NCBI GenBank assembly: GCA_032718475.1
Contig: JAUCBJ010001759.1
Location: forward strand, 1-51,234
Source: Nemertoderma westbladi
Taxonomy: Eukaryota > Animalia > Xenacoelomorpha
Length of the DNA stretch: 51,234 bases
Reading direction: 5' to 3'
Shown here: in pieces, positions 22,101 to 35,442 of the stretch
Layout: every line of letters begins with the position of its first letter
How positions within the stretch are numbered: position 1 is the stretch's first letter
Made by a program: the position numbers and the translations under genes
The notes under the pieces: generated by a model
Seen by the model: the letters and a program-made list of their open reading frames with translations, nothing else
What the model was told of the DNA's origin: nothing
Database searches by the model: none

Positions 22101-25100
22101 ACCATCGGTTTCTCCCTCTGGGTTCTACCATCGGTTTCTCCCTCTGGGTTCTACCATCGGTTTCTCCCTCTGGGTTCTACCATCGGTTTCTCCCTCTGGG
22201 TTCTACCATTGGTTTCTCCCTCTGGGTTCTACCATCGGTTTCTCCCGCTGGGTTCTACCATCGGTTTCTCCCTCTGGGTTCTACCATCGGTTTCTCCCTC
22301 TGGGTTCTACCATCGGTTTCTCCCTCTGGGTTCTACCATCGGTTTCTCCCTCTGGGTTCTACCATCGGTTTCTCCCTCTGGGTTCTACCATCGGTTTCTC
22401 CCTCTGGGTTCTACCATCGGTTTCTCCCTCTGGGTTCTACCATCGGTTTCTCCCTCTGGGTTCTACCATCGGTTTCTTCCTCTGGGTTCTACCATCTGTT
22501 TCTCCCTCTGGGTTCTACCATCTGTTTCTCCCTCTGGGTTCCACCATTGGTTTCTCCCTCTGGGTTCTGCCATCGGTTTCTCCCTCTGGGTTCTACCATC
22601 GGTTTCTCCCTCTGGGTTCTACCATCGGTTTCTCCCTCTGGGTTCTACCATCGGTTTCTCCCTCTGGGTTCCACCATTGGTTTCTCCCTCTGGGTTCTGC
22701 CATCGGTTTCTCCCTCTGGGTTCTACCATCTGCCATCGGTTTCTCCCTCTGGGTTCTACCATCGGTTTCTCCCTCTGGGTTCTACCATCGGTTTCTCCCT
22801 CTGGGTTCTGCCATCGGTTTCTCCCTCTGGGTTCTACCATCGGTTTCTCCCTCTGGGTTCTACCATCGGTTTCTCCCTCTGGGTTCTACCATCGGTTTCT
22901 CCCTCTGGGTTCTACCATCGGTTTCTCCCTCTGGGTTCTACCATCGGTTTCTCCCTCTGGGTTCTACCATCGGTTTCTCCCTCTGGGTTCTACCATCGGT
23001 TTCTCCCTCTGGGTTCTACCATCGGTTTCTCCCTCTGGGTTCTACCATCGGTTTCTCCCTCTGGGTTCTACCATCGGTTTCTCCCTCTGGGTTCTACCAT
23101 CGGTTTCTCCCTCTGGGTTCTACCATCGGTTTCTCCCTCTGGGTTCTACCATCGGTTTCTCCCTCTGGGTTCTACCATCGGTTTCTCCCTCTGGGTTCTA
23201 CCATCGGTTTCTCCCTCTGGGTTCTACCATCGGTTTCTCCCTCTGGGTTCTACCATCGGTTTCTCCCTCTGGGTTCTACCATCGGTTTCTCCCTCTGGGT
23301 TCTGCCATCGGTTTCTCCCTCTGGGTTCTACCATCGGTTTCTCCCTCTGGGTTCTACCATCGGTTTCTCCCTCTGGGTTCTACCATCGGTTTCTCCCTCT
23401 GGGTTCTACCATCGGTTTCTCCCTCTGGGTTCTACCATCGGTTTCTCCCTCTGGGTTCTACCATCGGTTTCTCCCTCTGGGTTCTACCATCGGTTTCTCC
23501 CTCTGGGTTCTACCATCGGTTTCTCCCTCTGGGTTCTACCATCGGTTTCTCCCTCTGGGTTCTACCATCGGTTTCTCCCTCTGGGTTCTACCATCGGTTT
23601 CTCCCTCTGGGTTCTACCATCGGTTTCTCCCTCTGGGTTCTACCATCGGTTTCTCCCTCTGGGTTCTACCATCGGTTTCTCCCTCTGGGTTCTACCATCG
23701 GTTTCTCCCTCTGGGTTCTACCATCGGTTTCTCCCTCTGGGTTCTACCATCGGTTTCTCCCTCTGGGTTCTACCATCGGTTTCTCCCTCTGGGTTCTACC
23801 ATCGGTTTCTCCCTCTGGGTTCTACCATCGGTTTCTCCCTCTGGGTTCTACCATCGGTTTCTCCCTCTGGGTTCTACCATCGGTTTCTCCCTCTGGGTTC
23901 TACCATCGGTTTCTCCCTCTGGGTTCTACCATCGGTTTCTCCCTCTGGGTTCTACCATCGGTTTCTCCCTCTGGGTTCTACCATCGGTTTCTCCCTCTGG
24001 GTTCTACCATCGGTTTCTCCCTCTGGGTTCTACCATCGGTTTCTCCCTCTGGGTTCTACCATCGGTTTCTCCCTCTGGGTTCTACCATCGGTTTCTCCCT
24101 CTGGGTTCTACCATCGGTTTCTCCCTCTGGGTTCTACCATCGGTTTCTCCCTCTGGGTTCTACCATCGGTTTCTCCCTCTGGGTTCTACCATCGGTTTCT
24201 CCCTCTGGGTTCTACCATCGGTTTCTCCCTCTGGGTTCTACCATCGGTTTCTCCCTCTGGGTTCTACCATCGGTTTCTCCCTCTGGGTTCTACCATCGGT
24301 TTCTCCCTCTGGGTTCTACCATCGGTTTCTCCCTCTGGGTTCTACCATCGGTTTCTCCCTCTGGGTTCTACCATCGGTTTCTCCCTCTGGGTTCTACCAT
24401 CGGTTTCTCCCTCTGGGTTCTACCATCGGTTTCTCCCTCTGGGTTCTACCATCGGTTTCTCCCTCTGGGTTCTACCATCGGTTTCTCCCTCTGGGTTCTA
24501 CCATCGGTTTCTCCCTCTGGGTTCTACCATCGGTTTCTCCCTCTGGGTTCTACCATCGGTTTCTCCCTCTGGGTTCTACCATCGGTTTCTCCCTCTGGGT
24601 TCTACCATCGGTTTCTCCCTCTGGGTTCTACCATCGGTTTCTCCCTCTGGGTTCTACCATCGGTTTCTCCCTCTGGGTTCTACCATCGGTTTCTCCCTCT
24701 GGGTTCTACCATCGGTTTCTCCCTCTGGGTTCTACCATCGGTTTCTCCCTCTGGGTTCTACCATCGGTTTCTCCCTCTGGGTTCTACCATCGGTTTCTCC
24801 CTCTGGGTTCTACCATCGGTTTCTCCCTCTGGGTTCTACCATCGGTTTCTCCCTCTGGGTTCTACCATCGGTTTCTCCCTCTGGGTTCTACCATCGGTTT
24901 CTCCCTCTGGGTTCTACCATCGGTTTCTCCCTCTGGGTTCTACCATCGGTTTCTCCCTCTGGGTTCTACCATCGGTTTCTCCCTCTGGGTTCTACCATCG
25001 GTTTCTCCCTCTGGGTTCTACCATCGGTTTCTCCCTCTGGGTTCTACCATCGGTTTCTCCCTCTGGGTTCTACCATCGGTTTCTCCCTCTGGGTTCTACC

Positions 25101-28100
25101 ATCGGTTTCTCCCTCTGGGTTCTACCATCGGTTTCTCCCTCTGGGTTCTACCATCGGTTTCTCCCTCTGGGTTCTACCATCGGTTTCTCCCTCTGGGTTC
25201 TACCATCGGTTTCTCCCTCTGGGTTCTACCATCGGTTTCTCCCTCTGGGTTCTACCATCGGTTTCTCCCTCTGGGTTCTACCATCGGTTTCTCCCTCTGG
25301 GTTCTACCATCGGTTTCTCCCTCTGGGTTCTACCATCGGTTTCTCCCTCTGGGTTCTACCATCGGTTTCTCCCTCTGGGTTCTACCATCGGTTTCTCCCT
25401 CTGGGTTCTACCATCGGTTTCTCCCTCTGGGTTCTACCATCGGTTTCTCCCTCTGGGTTCTACCATCGGTTTCTCCCTCTGGGTTCTACCATCGGTTTCT
25501 CCCTCTGGGTTCTACCATCGGTTTCTCCCTCTGGGTTCTACCATCGGTTTCTCCCTCTGGGTTCTACCATCGGTTTCTCCCTCTGGGTTCTACCATCGGT
25601 TTCTCCCTCTGGGTTCTACCATCGGTTTCTCCCTCTGGGTTCTACCATCGGTTTCTCCCTCTGGGTTCTACCATCGGTTTCTCCCTCTGGGTTCTACCAT
25701 CGGTTTCTCCCTCTGGGTTCTACCATCGGTTTCTCCCTCTGGGTTCTACCATCGGTTTCTCCCTCTGGGTTCTACCATCGGTTTCTCCCTCTGGGTTCTA
25801 CCATCGGTTTCTCCCTCTGGGTTCTGCCATCGGTTTCTCCCTCTGGGTTCTACCATCGGTTTCTCCCTCTGGGTTCTACCATCGGTTTCTCCCTCTGGGT
25901 TCTACCATCGGTTTCTCCCTCTGGGTTCTACCATCGGTTTCTCCCTCTGGGTTCTACCATCGGTTTCTCCCTCTGGGTTCTACCATCGGTTTCTCCCTCT
26001 GGGTTCTACCATCGGTTTCTCCCTCTGGGTTCTACCATCGGTTTCTCCCTCTGGGTTCTACCATCGGTTTCTCCCTCTGGGTTCTACCATCGGTTTCTCC
26101 CTCTGGGTTCTACCATCGGTTTCTCCCTCTGGGTTCTACCATCGGTTTCTCCCTCTGGGTTCTACCATCGGTTTCTCCCTCTGGGTTCTACCATCGGTTT
26201 CTCCCTCTGGGTTCTACCATCGGTTTCTCCCTCTGGGTTCTACCATCGGTTTCTCCCTCTGGGTTCTACCATCGGTTTCTCCCTCTGGGTTCTACCATCG
26301 GTTTCTCCCTCTGGGTTCTACCATCGGTTTCTCCCTCTGGGTTCTACCATCGGTTTCTCCCTCTGGGTTCTACCATCGGTTTCTCCCTTTGGGTTCTACC
26401 ATCGGTTTCTCCCTCTGGGTTCTACCATCGGTTTCTCCCTCTGGGTTCTACCATCGGTTTCTCCCTCTGGGTTCTACCATCGGTTTCTCCCTCTGGGTTC
26501 TACCATCGGTTTCTCCCTCTGGGTTCTACCATCGGTTTCTCCCTCTGGGTTCTACCATCGGTTTCTCCCTCTGGGTTCTACCATCGGTTTCTCCCTCTGG
26601 GTTCTACCATCGGTTTCTCCCTCTGGGTTCTACCATTGGTTTCTCCCTCTGGGTTCTGCCATTGGTTTCTCCCTCTGGGTTCTACCATCGGTTTCTCCCT
26701 CTGGGTTCTACCATCGGTTTCTCCCTCTGGGTTCTACCATCGGTTACTCCCTCTGGGTTCTACCATCGGTTTCTCCCTCTGGGTTCTACCATCGGTTTCT
26801 CCCTCTGGGTTCTACCATCTACCATCGGTTTCTCCCTCTGGGTTCTACCATCTACCATCGGTTTCTCCCTCTGGGTTCTACCATCTACCATCGCTTTCTC
26901 CCTCTGGGTTCTACCATCTGCCATCGGTTTCTCCCTCTGGGTTCTACCATCGGTTTCTCCCTCTGGGTTCTACCATCGGTTTCTCCCTCTGGGTTCTACC
27001 ATCGGTTTCTCCCGCTGGGTTCTGCCATCGGTTTCTCCCTCTGGGTTCTACCATCGGTTTCTCCCTTTGGGTTCTACCATCGGTTTCTCCCTTTGGGTTC
27101 TACCATCGGTTTCTCCCTCTGGGTTCTACCATCGGTTTCTCCCTCTGGGTTCTACCATCGGTTTCTCCCTTTGGGTTCCACCATCGGTTTCTCCCTCTGG
27201 GTTCTACCATCGGTTTCTCCCTCTGGGTTCTACCATCGGTTTCTCCCTCTGGGTTCTACCATCGGTTTCTCCCTCTGGGTTCTACCATCGGTTTCTCCCT
27301 CTGGGTTCTACCATCGGTTTCTCCCTCTGGGTTCTACCATCGGTTTCTCCCTCTGGGATCTTCCATCGGTTTCTCCCCCTGGGTTCTACCATCGGTTTCT
27401 CCCTTTGGGTTCTACCATCTGTTTCTCCCTCTGGGTTGTACCATCTGTTTCTCCCTCTGGGTTCTACCATCGGTTTCTCCCTCTGGGTTCTACCATCGTT
27501 TTCTCCCTCTGGGTTCTACCATCTACCATCGGTTTCTCCTTCTGGGTTCTACCATTGGTTTCTCCCTCTGGGTTCTACCATCTACCATCGCTTTCTCCCT
27601 CTGGGTTCTACCATCTGCCATCGGTTTCTCCCTCTGGGTTCTACCATCGGTTTCTCCCTCTGGGTTCTACCATCGGTTTCTCCCTTTGGGTTCCACCATC
27701 GGTTTCTCCCTCTGGGTTCTACCATCGGTTTCTCCCTCTGGGTTCTACCATCGGTTTCTCCCTCTGGGTTCTACCATCGGTTTCTCCCTCTGGGTTCTAC
27801 CATCGGTTTCTCCCTCTGGGTTCTACCATCGGTTTCTCCCTCTGGGTTCTACCATCGGTTTCTCCCTCTGGGATCTTCCATCGGTTTCTCCCCCTGGGTT
27901 CTACCATCGGTTTCTCCCTTTGGGTTCTACCATCTGTTTCTCCCTCTGGGTTGTACCATCTGTTTCTCCCTCTGGGTTCTACCATCGGTTTCTCCCTCTG
28001 GGTTCTACCATCGTTTTCTCCCTCTGGGTTCTACCATCTACCATCGGTTTCTCCTTCTGGGTTCTACCATTGGTTTCTCCCTCTGGGTTCTACCATCGGT

Positions 28101-28512
28101 TTCTCCCTCTTGGTTCTACCATCGGTTTCTCCCTCTGGGTTCTACCATCGGTTTCTCCCTCTGGGTTCTACCATCGGTTTCTCCCTCTGGGTTCTACCAT
28201 CGGTTTCTCCCTCTGGGTTCTACCCTCGGTTTCTCCCTCTGGGTTCTGCCATCGGTTTCTCCCTCTGGATTCTACCATCGGTTTCTCCCTCTGGGTTCTA
28301 CCATCGGTTCCTCCCTCTGGGTTCCACCATTGGTTTCTCCCTCTGGGTTCTGCCATCGGTTTCTCCCTCTGGGTTCTACCATCGGTTTCTCCCTCTGGGT
28401 TCTACCATCGGTTTCTCCCTCTGGGTTCTACCCTCGGTTTCTCCCTCTGGGTTCTACCATCGGTTTCTCCCTCTGGGTTCTACCATCGGTTTCTCCCTCT
28501 GGGTTCTACCAT
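19186..28512 (+). repeat. 26-bp satellite, main block, ~358 units
   Basis: Directly visible. Homogeneous centre with variant-rich edges. Confidence 0.99.
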
Positions 28513-28519
28513 ACTCTAG

Positions 28520-29075
28520 GTTCTCTAACTGCTGAGGACACCAAATCTCTGGATGGCACATTCACAAGAATGCTACGCCGGGTTCATTGTGTCAAGTACA
28601 ATGCACACATCTCCAACCAGACACTATATAACATTGGAGGTGTCTCATTGGTTCCCCCAAGCTTGACACTAGAACAAAATCGCCTCCGCTTTGCAGGCCT
28701 TCATTGTGTCAAGTACAATTCACACATCTCCAACCAGACACTATATAACATTGGAGGTGTCTCATTGGTTCCCCCAAGCTTGACACTAGAACAAAATCGC
28801 CTCCGCTTTGCAGGACATTGCTTTTGCCGTGAAGACCAGCCAGTGCATAATCTTGTACTTTGACAGCCTCATGGAGTGAATAAGCATGGTGGACAGCCCA
28901 TGACTTTCTTGAGACGCATCTTAAAGGACACTGGCCTTGAAGATGCGGATGATCTAGCAAATGTCATGGGTGATAGGGAGTTGTGGCGGCGCAATTTTGT
29001 CGACAAGTCGGCACAGCATTCTTAAAAATGCAGCTGCTATGTAGCATGCCGATCCTAGTAGTAGTAAGTAGTAAG
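28520..29075 (+). mobile_element. RTE-group LINE 3' fragment (family A) with a 117-bp internal tandem duplication and (TAG)n tail
   Basis: SLTAEDTKSLDGTFTRMLRRV...RLRFAGHC...DRELWR, ending in TAGTAGTAGTAAGTAGTAAG. Confidence 0.85.
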
Positions 29076-29166
29076 ATTCATTGGGCACTGCCGGAGAAGT
29101 AAAGACGAGTGGCACTGCCGGAGAAGTAAAGATGAGGTCATACCAGATCTACTGCTCTGGCAACCT
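29073..29166 (+). mobile_element. Small internal fragment of RTE family B with a short tandem duplication
   Basis: Matches 40284-40350 (AAGATTCA.TGGGCACTGC...GAGGTCATACCAGATCTACT.CTCTGGCAACC). Confidence 0.75.
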
Positions 29167-29489
29167 CGGGAAGTAATTTTCTAGACTAGAATGGAAGTTT
29201 TTAAGATTGTTCAGAACTAAATTCAATATCACAGAATATATTTAGTAGCTTGTAGCTTGTTGCCATTCCGTGACACCATTCAATTTAAATGGGTCCACCA
29301 AGAAATCAAGAGAGGCTCATGGACAATATATTTATAATGCCACCACATGGGAAACGTTAGAAACAGTTGCCATGGTAACCTGCACACCACGATGGTAACG
29401 AATTACAAATTACAAAATCTCAACGGATGCAAATGGCGATGCGTTGCGAGTGTAAAATACCATCGAGTTATTATTAAAATCATCGTCAT

Positions 29490-31500
29490 GAATGCAAACT
29501 AGCCAGTAGTCGCTCTATGCAACAACTCTATAAATACTTCAAATCTTTACGAAACACCAGTGCTATACCACCTCTTGTAACTTATAATGGGTATACCGCA
29601 TGTACACCGGCAGAACAAGCTGACCTTTTTTCCGAATTCTTCCACTCAGTTTACAAAAAGCCAGCAATAAAAACAGCAGCAATTACTCCTCCAACATTAT
29701 CCCCCACTGAGGATCCCTACCACGATAACTTTATTGACGACTACGATGTGTCTGTATCCACTGTACAACTACTCCTCTAGTCTAGGATCGGCATGCTGCA
29801 TTGCAGCTGCATTTTTAAGAATGCTGTGCCGGCTTGTCAACAAAATTTCACCGCCACAACTCCCTGATTCTTGTGAATCAGGGCCAGCCACTACTCCTAA
29901 CATCACTAAATGTTACCAAAGCCAGAGGCCCCGATAACTTACCACCACGTTTCCTCCAACAATTAACCGTACTACTGTAGCACTAGCACCATCTTTAGCT
30001 GCATTGGTGTTTAAAGACAACTGTTACTTTCCACGAGAATGGAAACACGCATCAATATCACCACGACATAAGAAGGGCAATAGAACTCCAGTATCGCTTT
30101 ACCGTCCAATATCTTTACTTGCTATCCTCTAGAAAGTTCTAGAACGATGTATCTACATGCCAATTTACAGCCATCTTCGTCCACTTTATCATCGCGCTCA
30201 GTACGGTTTTAGAAAAGGCCGCTCACCTGTTCTTCAACTGCTTGTGGTTTTAGATAAAATATATCACGCTATAGAAAATAATGATTCAACAATAGAAATA
30301 ATTTATCTAGACTTTCAAAAGGCTTTTGACTCTCTATCTCATAGTTCGGTGCTACTAAAGTTATGGAAATTAGGAATTCGGGGAAAACTATGGGAAATGA
30401 TACGTAGCTATTTATCAGATAGAACTCAATCAGTGAAAGTTGTGGATGCAGTGTCAAAAACTAAAGATGTTGACAGCGGGACTCCGCAAGGAAGTATTCT
30501 AGCAACTTTGTTATTCCTAGTAGAATCGAATGACCTACCGAACATTTGCACACAAACAGACCCTTATCTACTCGCTGACGATTGCAAACTTGTTTCCATA
30601 TATCCGACAACCAATCCCCCACAAATACAAGACGATTTAAATAAATTATCAGTCTGGGGTCAAAGTAACGGTCTTGAATTTAATATCAGCAAATGTAAAC
30701 AACTTATCTTTCAAGGGCAGTCCAACGTAAAATTTATTAATAGCCATCCGATAGAACGAACCACCTCAGAAAAAGATCTGGGAGTCACCTTCTCATCGAA
30801 TATTACCTGGACCGCTCACGTAACTGAAAAATGCAGTAAAGGAAACATGGCCTTCCAACTAATAAAACGTAACTGTGCATCAAATCTTACCGCTCTATCG
30901 AAATTAAATATGTACAAATCTATGATTCTACCGATAATAACCTATGCATCACCATGTTGGTCTCCAAATAAACACGACCTATCACGTATAGAGAGTCTAC
31001 AACGACGTGCCACTATCTGGATACTACGAGATAATGAATCGACCTACACAGATCGGCTCAAATCACTTAACATACTCCCCCGTTCGCTCTACCTACAACT
31101 CCTAGATTTGATGACGCTGTCGAAGATTATCGCTGGAAAATGCGATATCAACTGGGAAGAACACCTCAAACTAAGCAGACCATCAAACCAAAATACTCGT
31201 TCAAATGATCGGATTTTATTTAATGTTGTGCGGCCGAAGAAATGCAAGTCAGAACAAAACGTTTGGTTCCGAGTAGCTTACATTTCAAATGTATTACCTA
31301 ATCGAATCAATTTCACAAACCATGTAGGGCTTAAATCTCGTCTGATCGATTTATTTTGGAGGTACTTAAATTATTTTGGAGGTACTTAATTAAACACTAC
31401 TCAATTGATATTCCCTGTAGCTGGTCGGTGTGCTGCAGCTGCGTCTTGATGAACTGTAGAAATAATAACTCTCGTCTCGATGATTTATACCCATAGATAA
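29490..31500 (+). mobile_element. CR1/Jockey-group LINE RT region, decayed
   Basis: YRPISLL, QYGFRKGRS, YLDFQKAFD, SGTPQGSIL, LADDCKL, EKDLGV, LIKRN, IESLQRRAT. It has stops, an internal insertion and a 20-bp duplication near 31354-31390. Boundaries are approximate. Confidence 0.88.
29772..29866 (-). mobile_element. Inverted 3' end of RTE family A inserted into the CR1-like LINE
   Basis: Reverse complement of ~28976-29060 (GGGAGTTGTGGCGG...CAGCATTCTTAAAAATGCAGCTGC...GCATGCCGATCCTAG). Confidence 0.85.
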
Positions 31501-32090
31501 CGACTTATATTCTATAATGCTTTATTTAATTAATACAAATTTTATTACACTTCAGATCCACTGTGACCCTTTTAATACGTATTTACTGCATCTCATTTTA
31601 AATTTAATACGCATATATTTTATCTCATTTTATGACATCAGAGACCGACCCTTTTATTAATACGTATATATATATATTTCATCTTATTTTAATACAAATA
31701 TTTCTATCTAATTTCATATAACATCCAGTCTTCTGACCCTTTTAACTTCTTCGTTTAATCTCATAATTAACACGGCCTTTTTGAGACCAATTACATACAG
31801 TAATAATTTTAATTCGGTGTATTTTAATGCACCTTAATTAATTATTAACTCATATTTTAAACTAAGTAATTTATGTAATGTATCTTTTATGGGGGAAACC
31901 CCATCACCATAAAATACTATAGTTAAATTGTCTATGCAGTCTTTGTTCAGTTCTAAGTTATGGTGTAAATTTATATTAATAATAATAATAATAATAATAA
32001 CTATTATTTCTTTCACTGGTGAGCTGAGAGACTTTCCTTTGGTTTCATTAACTTTCGTTTTTTAATTAATTTATTTTATTTTCCTTTCAG

Positions 32091-32885
32091 ATCTTTCGGA
32101 TGTGCAACCGGGTCCAGGTCGGGGACCCGTATCGAGTGGGTCAAACCGATAATGTTCTCCGGGGGGATGGGCGCGGTCGCTGCGGACCACGTTACCAAGG
32201 CGACGCCGCGCGCGGGCTGGCTGGTCACCAAGGTGGGCGGCCCGGTCTACCGGATAGGGGTCGGCGGGGGTGCGGCCTCGTCCGCGGTCGTCCAGGGTGA
32301 CCGCGCGGCCGAGCTCGACTTCGGCGCGGTGCAGCGCGGAGATGCTGAGATGGAGCAGAAGATGAACCGGGTGGTCCGCGCGTGCATCGAGTCGGCGAGG
32401 AACCCCATCGAGACGATCCACGACCAGGGCGCCGGTGGCAATGGGAACGTCCTCAAGGAGTTGGTGGAGCCGCTCGGGGCCCGGATTCGAACCCGGGACT
32501 TCCGGCTCGGGGACCCCACGATCGGGGTCATGGAGTTGTGGGGCGCTGAGTACCAGGAGAGCAACGCGTTGCTGGTGGCTGCCGCCGATAAGGGCCGACT
32601 GGACGCGATCTGTCGACGTGAGAAGTGCCCGGTGGATTACGTTGGGGTCGTTACGGATAGCGGCCGCGTAGTCCTCGAGACCGAGAACGGACGCACCCCG
32701 GTAGACCTCCCCTTGGAACTGGTCCTCGGTAAGATGCCCCGGAAGGACTTCTATCTGTCCCGAATATCTACCGTCTTCCCTCGCATTAATCTCGATTCCG
32801 TTGTATCGGTGCACAGCGCTCTCCAGTTGGTACTGCGATTGCCTTCTGTCGCCTCCAAGAGATATCTAACTAATAAGGTGGACCG
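32091..32885 (+). CDS. PFAS: PFAS internal exon
   Basis: Acceptor ttcctttcag; AG+A restores Arg; EWVKPIMFSGG, GGPVYRIGVGGGAASS, AVQRGDAEMEQK, IHDQGAGGNGN, WGAEYQE, VASKRYLTNKVDR; donor CG|gtgagt. Confidence 0.97.
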
Positions 32886-33218
32886 GTGAGTTTCTATATT
32901 CTACGTAATCTTGTTACTTTTATTTAGAATATAGTTTAATACACTGTAACACAGTTTAAGTAAATAAAAAATAATAATTAATATATAAAATAAATATTAA
33001 TATTAATATTACTATAATTATTTGATTATTTATTTTTTTTATAATTTGTAATTATTACACTCAGTAACCAGTAAGTCTAACAGGTTCACTAACGCTAACT
33101 CTGGTTGTTATAATCTGGGCAGAACATCAAACCTTGAGGCCTCAGGGTCGACCCCTGGTCGGGCAGTACTGTTTGAGACTATGTTGTACTTTAATTTTCT
33201 ATTATATTTCCTCTCCAG

Positions 33219-33500
33219 GTCTGTCACTGGTCTTGTCGCCCAGCAGCAGTGCGTTGGCCCATTGCATACGCCCCTAGCGGACTGCGCCGTAGTTGCCCTA
33301 TCTCCGCTGGGTTTGGAGGGCGCCGCCACTGGTATTGGGGAACAACCGATAAAGATGTTGGTTGATGTGGCCGCAGGGGGGCGTATGACCGTGGCTGAGT
33401 CCTTGACCAACCTTGTCTGGGCCGGGATCTCCGAACTGAGGGACGTTAAGTGTAGTGGAAACTGGATGTGGCCTGCGAAGCTGCCAGGGGAAGGTGCCAG
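33219..33500 (+). CDS. PFAS: PFAS internal exon
   Basis: Acceptor cctctccag; SVTGLVAQQQCVGPLHTPLAD...KCSGNWMWPAKLPGEGA; donor AG|gtgggt; phases match on both sides. Confidence 0.96.
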
Positions 33501-33832
33501 GTGGGTGGGTGCACACTACACACAGGTACTAGGTCGGAACATACATAATACCACTAACATAGGTGTTGGTGGTGCGTTAGATTATTGGTGGGTAACAGTT
33601 TTGAATTTACCAAAATAAAACAAAATAGTATAAATTTATAATAAATATAAGTTTATAATAAAACCAAAATAAAAGTAATATATACTGCTGTACTGAAATG
33701 CATTCTATTAGCTAGTTAGGTTGTACAGCTATACAGTCTGCTGAATACCGGTACCAATTTAAACACTGAAAATATTGGCATTTTTACAAATCATTACTAA
33801 TAAGTATTTCATTAAACTTCCTGGCTTCTGCA

Positions 33833-35442
33833 ATGCGTGTATGCCTCGAAAGGTTAAGAAGAGAAGGTGTAAATCCAGGCAATACCTCAACTGCAACTGT
33901 TGTCGATGTCGGCTCTAATAAACCTGCTCTTATAGTGTCCCCTAGCCCTACTGTTGCTCTGTCTAAAATGTTCTTATCTTCCGGTACGGGTAGCGGTAGT
34001 TCGCCTTCTGCTTCTTCTCAAACTTTGGCCAACTTTAAGCAGGCGTCACCATTGTCTATTAGGCCCACAGACACTGTAGTAGGTACTACTACTACTAAGT
34101 CGAGCGAACTCGGACAGTGGAAATGAGATCCTTCCAGGCTTCCCGATTCTCCATAGTTGTCGCAATTTCGTTTCTCCCAAGTTCAGTATCCCTTTCAAGT
34201 TGATCTATATATGTTATGGCAGGTCGTCCACGACTACGCTTTCCATGAGTTGGTTGCCAGAGAAGTTGATCTGGTATGACCTTCTTTACTTCGCCAGCAG
34301 TGCCCACTGAATCTTAATCTGCGTTCACGGAGGGTGGTTGATACAGGTGGTATTGTACCATAAAGCTCGGCGTTTGTCATGTGTTGTCTCCAGCTGATGT
34401 TTAGGGCTGCCCTTAGTAGTCTTGTGTAGCAACCATCAATTCGTTGTTCAAGTGAGTCAGTGTCCAGGTCTCACCCCCGTATAAAAGTACACTTTCCACT
34501 GTGGCTCGAAAGAACTTGGCCTTCAGGTGTAGGTACCGGTAGGCGAAATAATACCGACACTGGCGCCATTATAGAACAGGATATGGCACGCGAAATAGCC
34601 CGCCTTGTTACTGCTGAGGTTACAGCACAACTGTCGTCTTATGTAGATAACCTCAATTTGGATGCTGTTACCTGCAAGACAGCGCATCAAAACACAGCCT
34701 AGATCCGCACCCTGCAAAACAATAGCGATTACATCGAACAGGAATTACTTCTCAACAGTATTGAAATGAGAGGGAAGGCTGTGTCGTCCTTGCTTAGGTC
34801 TAAAGGTGACAAATATAAGTTTGTTAAATATCTAGTGCGCTTTATTGGTTGCGAGGAAAGCGTAGTGAATGACATTTTGCGTGTTTATTCACCAAATTAC
34901 CCCGGATCTATTATAGTTTCTTTCGTTCGCGATACATCACGATACGATTTCATTACTAAGAAAAAAAAACTCAAATCAATTAACCCTACTCAGACAGAAT
35001 CGCGCGATCTGTATACTAACAAAGTAGTTATACATGAGTGTTTAACTGAGAACAGGCGTTCTGTTCTCCGAGCGGCACTTGGAAATGTGAATGCTGGTTC
35101 GTTGAAGACCGCTTGGTCCATCAATGGATTGATCTGGGTATGTTCTAATAACGGGGTCAAACGTGTAGTTTTCTCATCCACCGATATCCAGTCGCTTTCG
35201 CAAGCCAGTCGCGATGGTACTGCCACTGCTCAGGATACCATGACGACTGCAGGTGGCGGTTCAACTCCTACACCACAGGGACCGATATCAGTTCATGCGA
35301 GTCCCGGGCGTGCCTATGGCAACATTCAACCGAGGCGGCTTCTGAGTCCTATAGTGACTGATTCACCTTCACGTAATTTGGTTCACATGCCTCCATGCGG
35401 CTCCCGTTTCTCTCCTATTTCTAATGATAACGGCTCTAACCA
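33833..35442 (+). mobile_element. LINE ORF1-like gene remnant (coiled coil plus L1-ORF1/FP25K-like C-terminal domain), split by an RTE insertion
   Basis: Motifs EQELLLNSIEMRG, IIVSF and VVIHECLTENRRSVL...KTAWSINGLIWV are typical of CR1/L2-group ORF1. Removing the insert and one TSD copy restores the frame (DTVVGTGRR). Confidence 0.7.
34087..34528 (-). mobile_element. RTE family B 5'-truncated copy with target-site duplication
   Basis: Reverse-complement match to ~40080-40520, (TAG)n tail, and GTAGGTAC direct repeat at 34079-34086 and 34529-34536. Confidence 0.92.

Noticed and set aside
19167-28863. Three overlapping 3000+ aa ORFs
   Set aside because: They are translations of a stop-free 26-bp satellite inside an intron. 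All frames give the same 26-aa cycle and there is no evidence of coding function.
31560-31750. Degenerate GACCCTTTTA repeats, and a 19-bp direct repeat near 39698/39785
   Set aside because: Short, AT-rich and degenerate, so no element or function can be supported.
32071-32814. 247-aa antisense ORF and other antisense or alternate-frame ORFs over PFAS exons and gag
   Set aside because: Shadow ORFs expected from GC-rich coding sequence, with no recognisable motifs.
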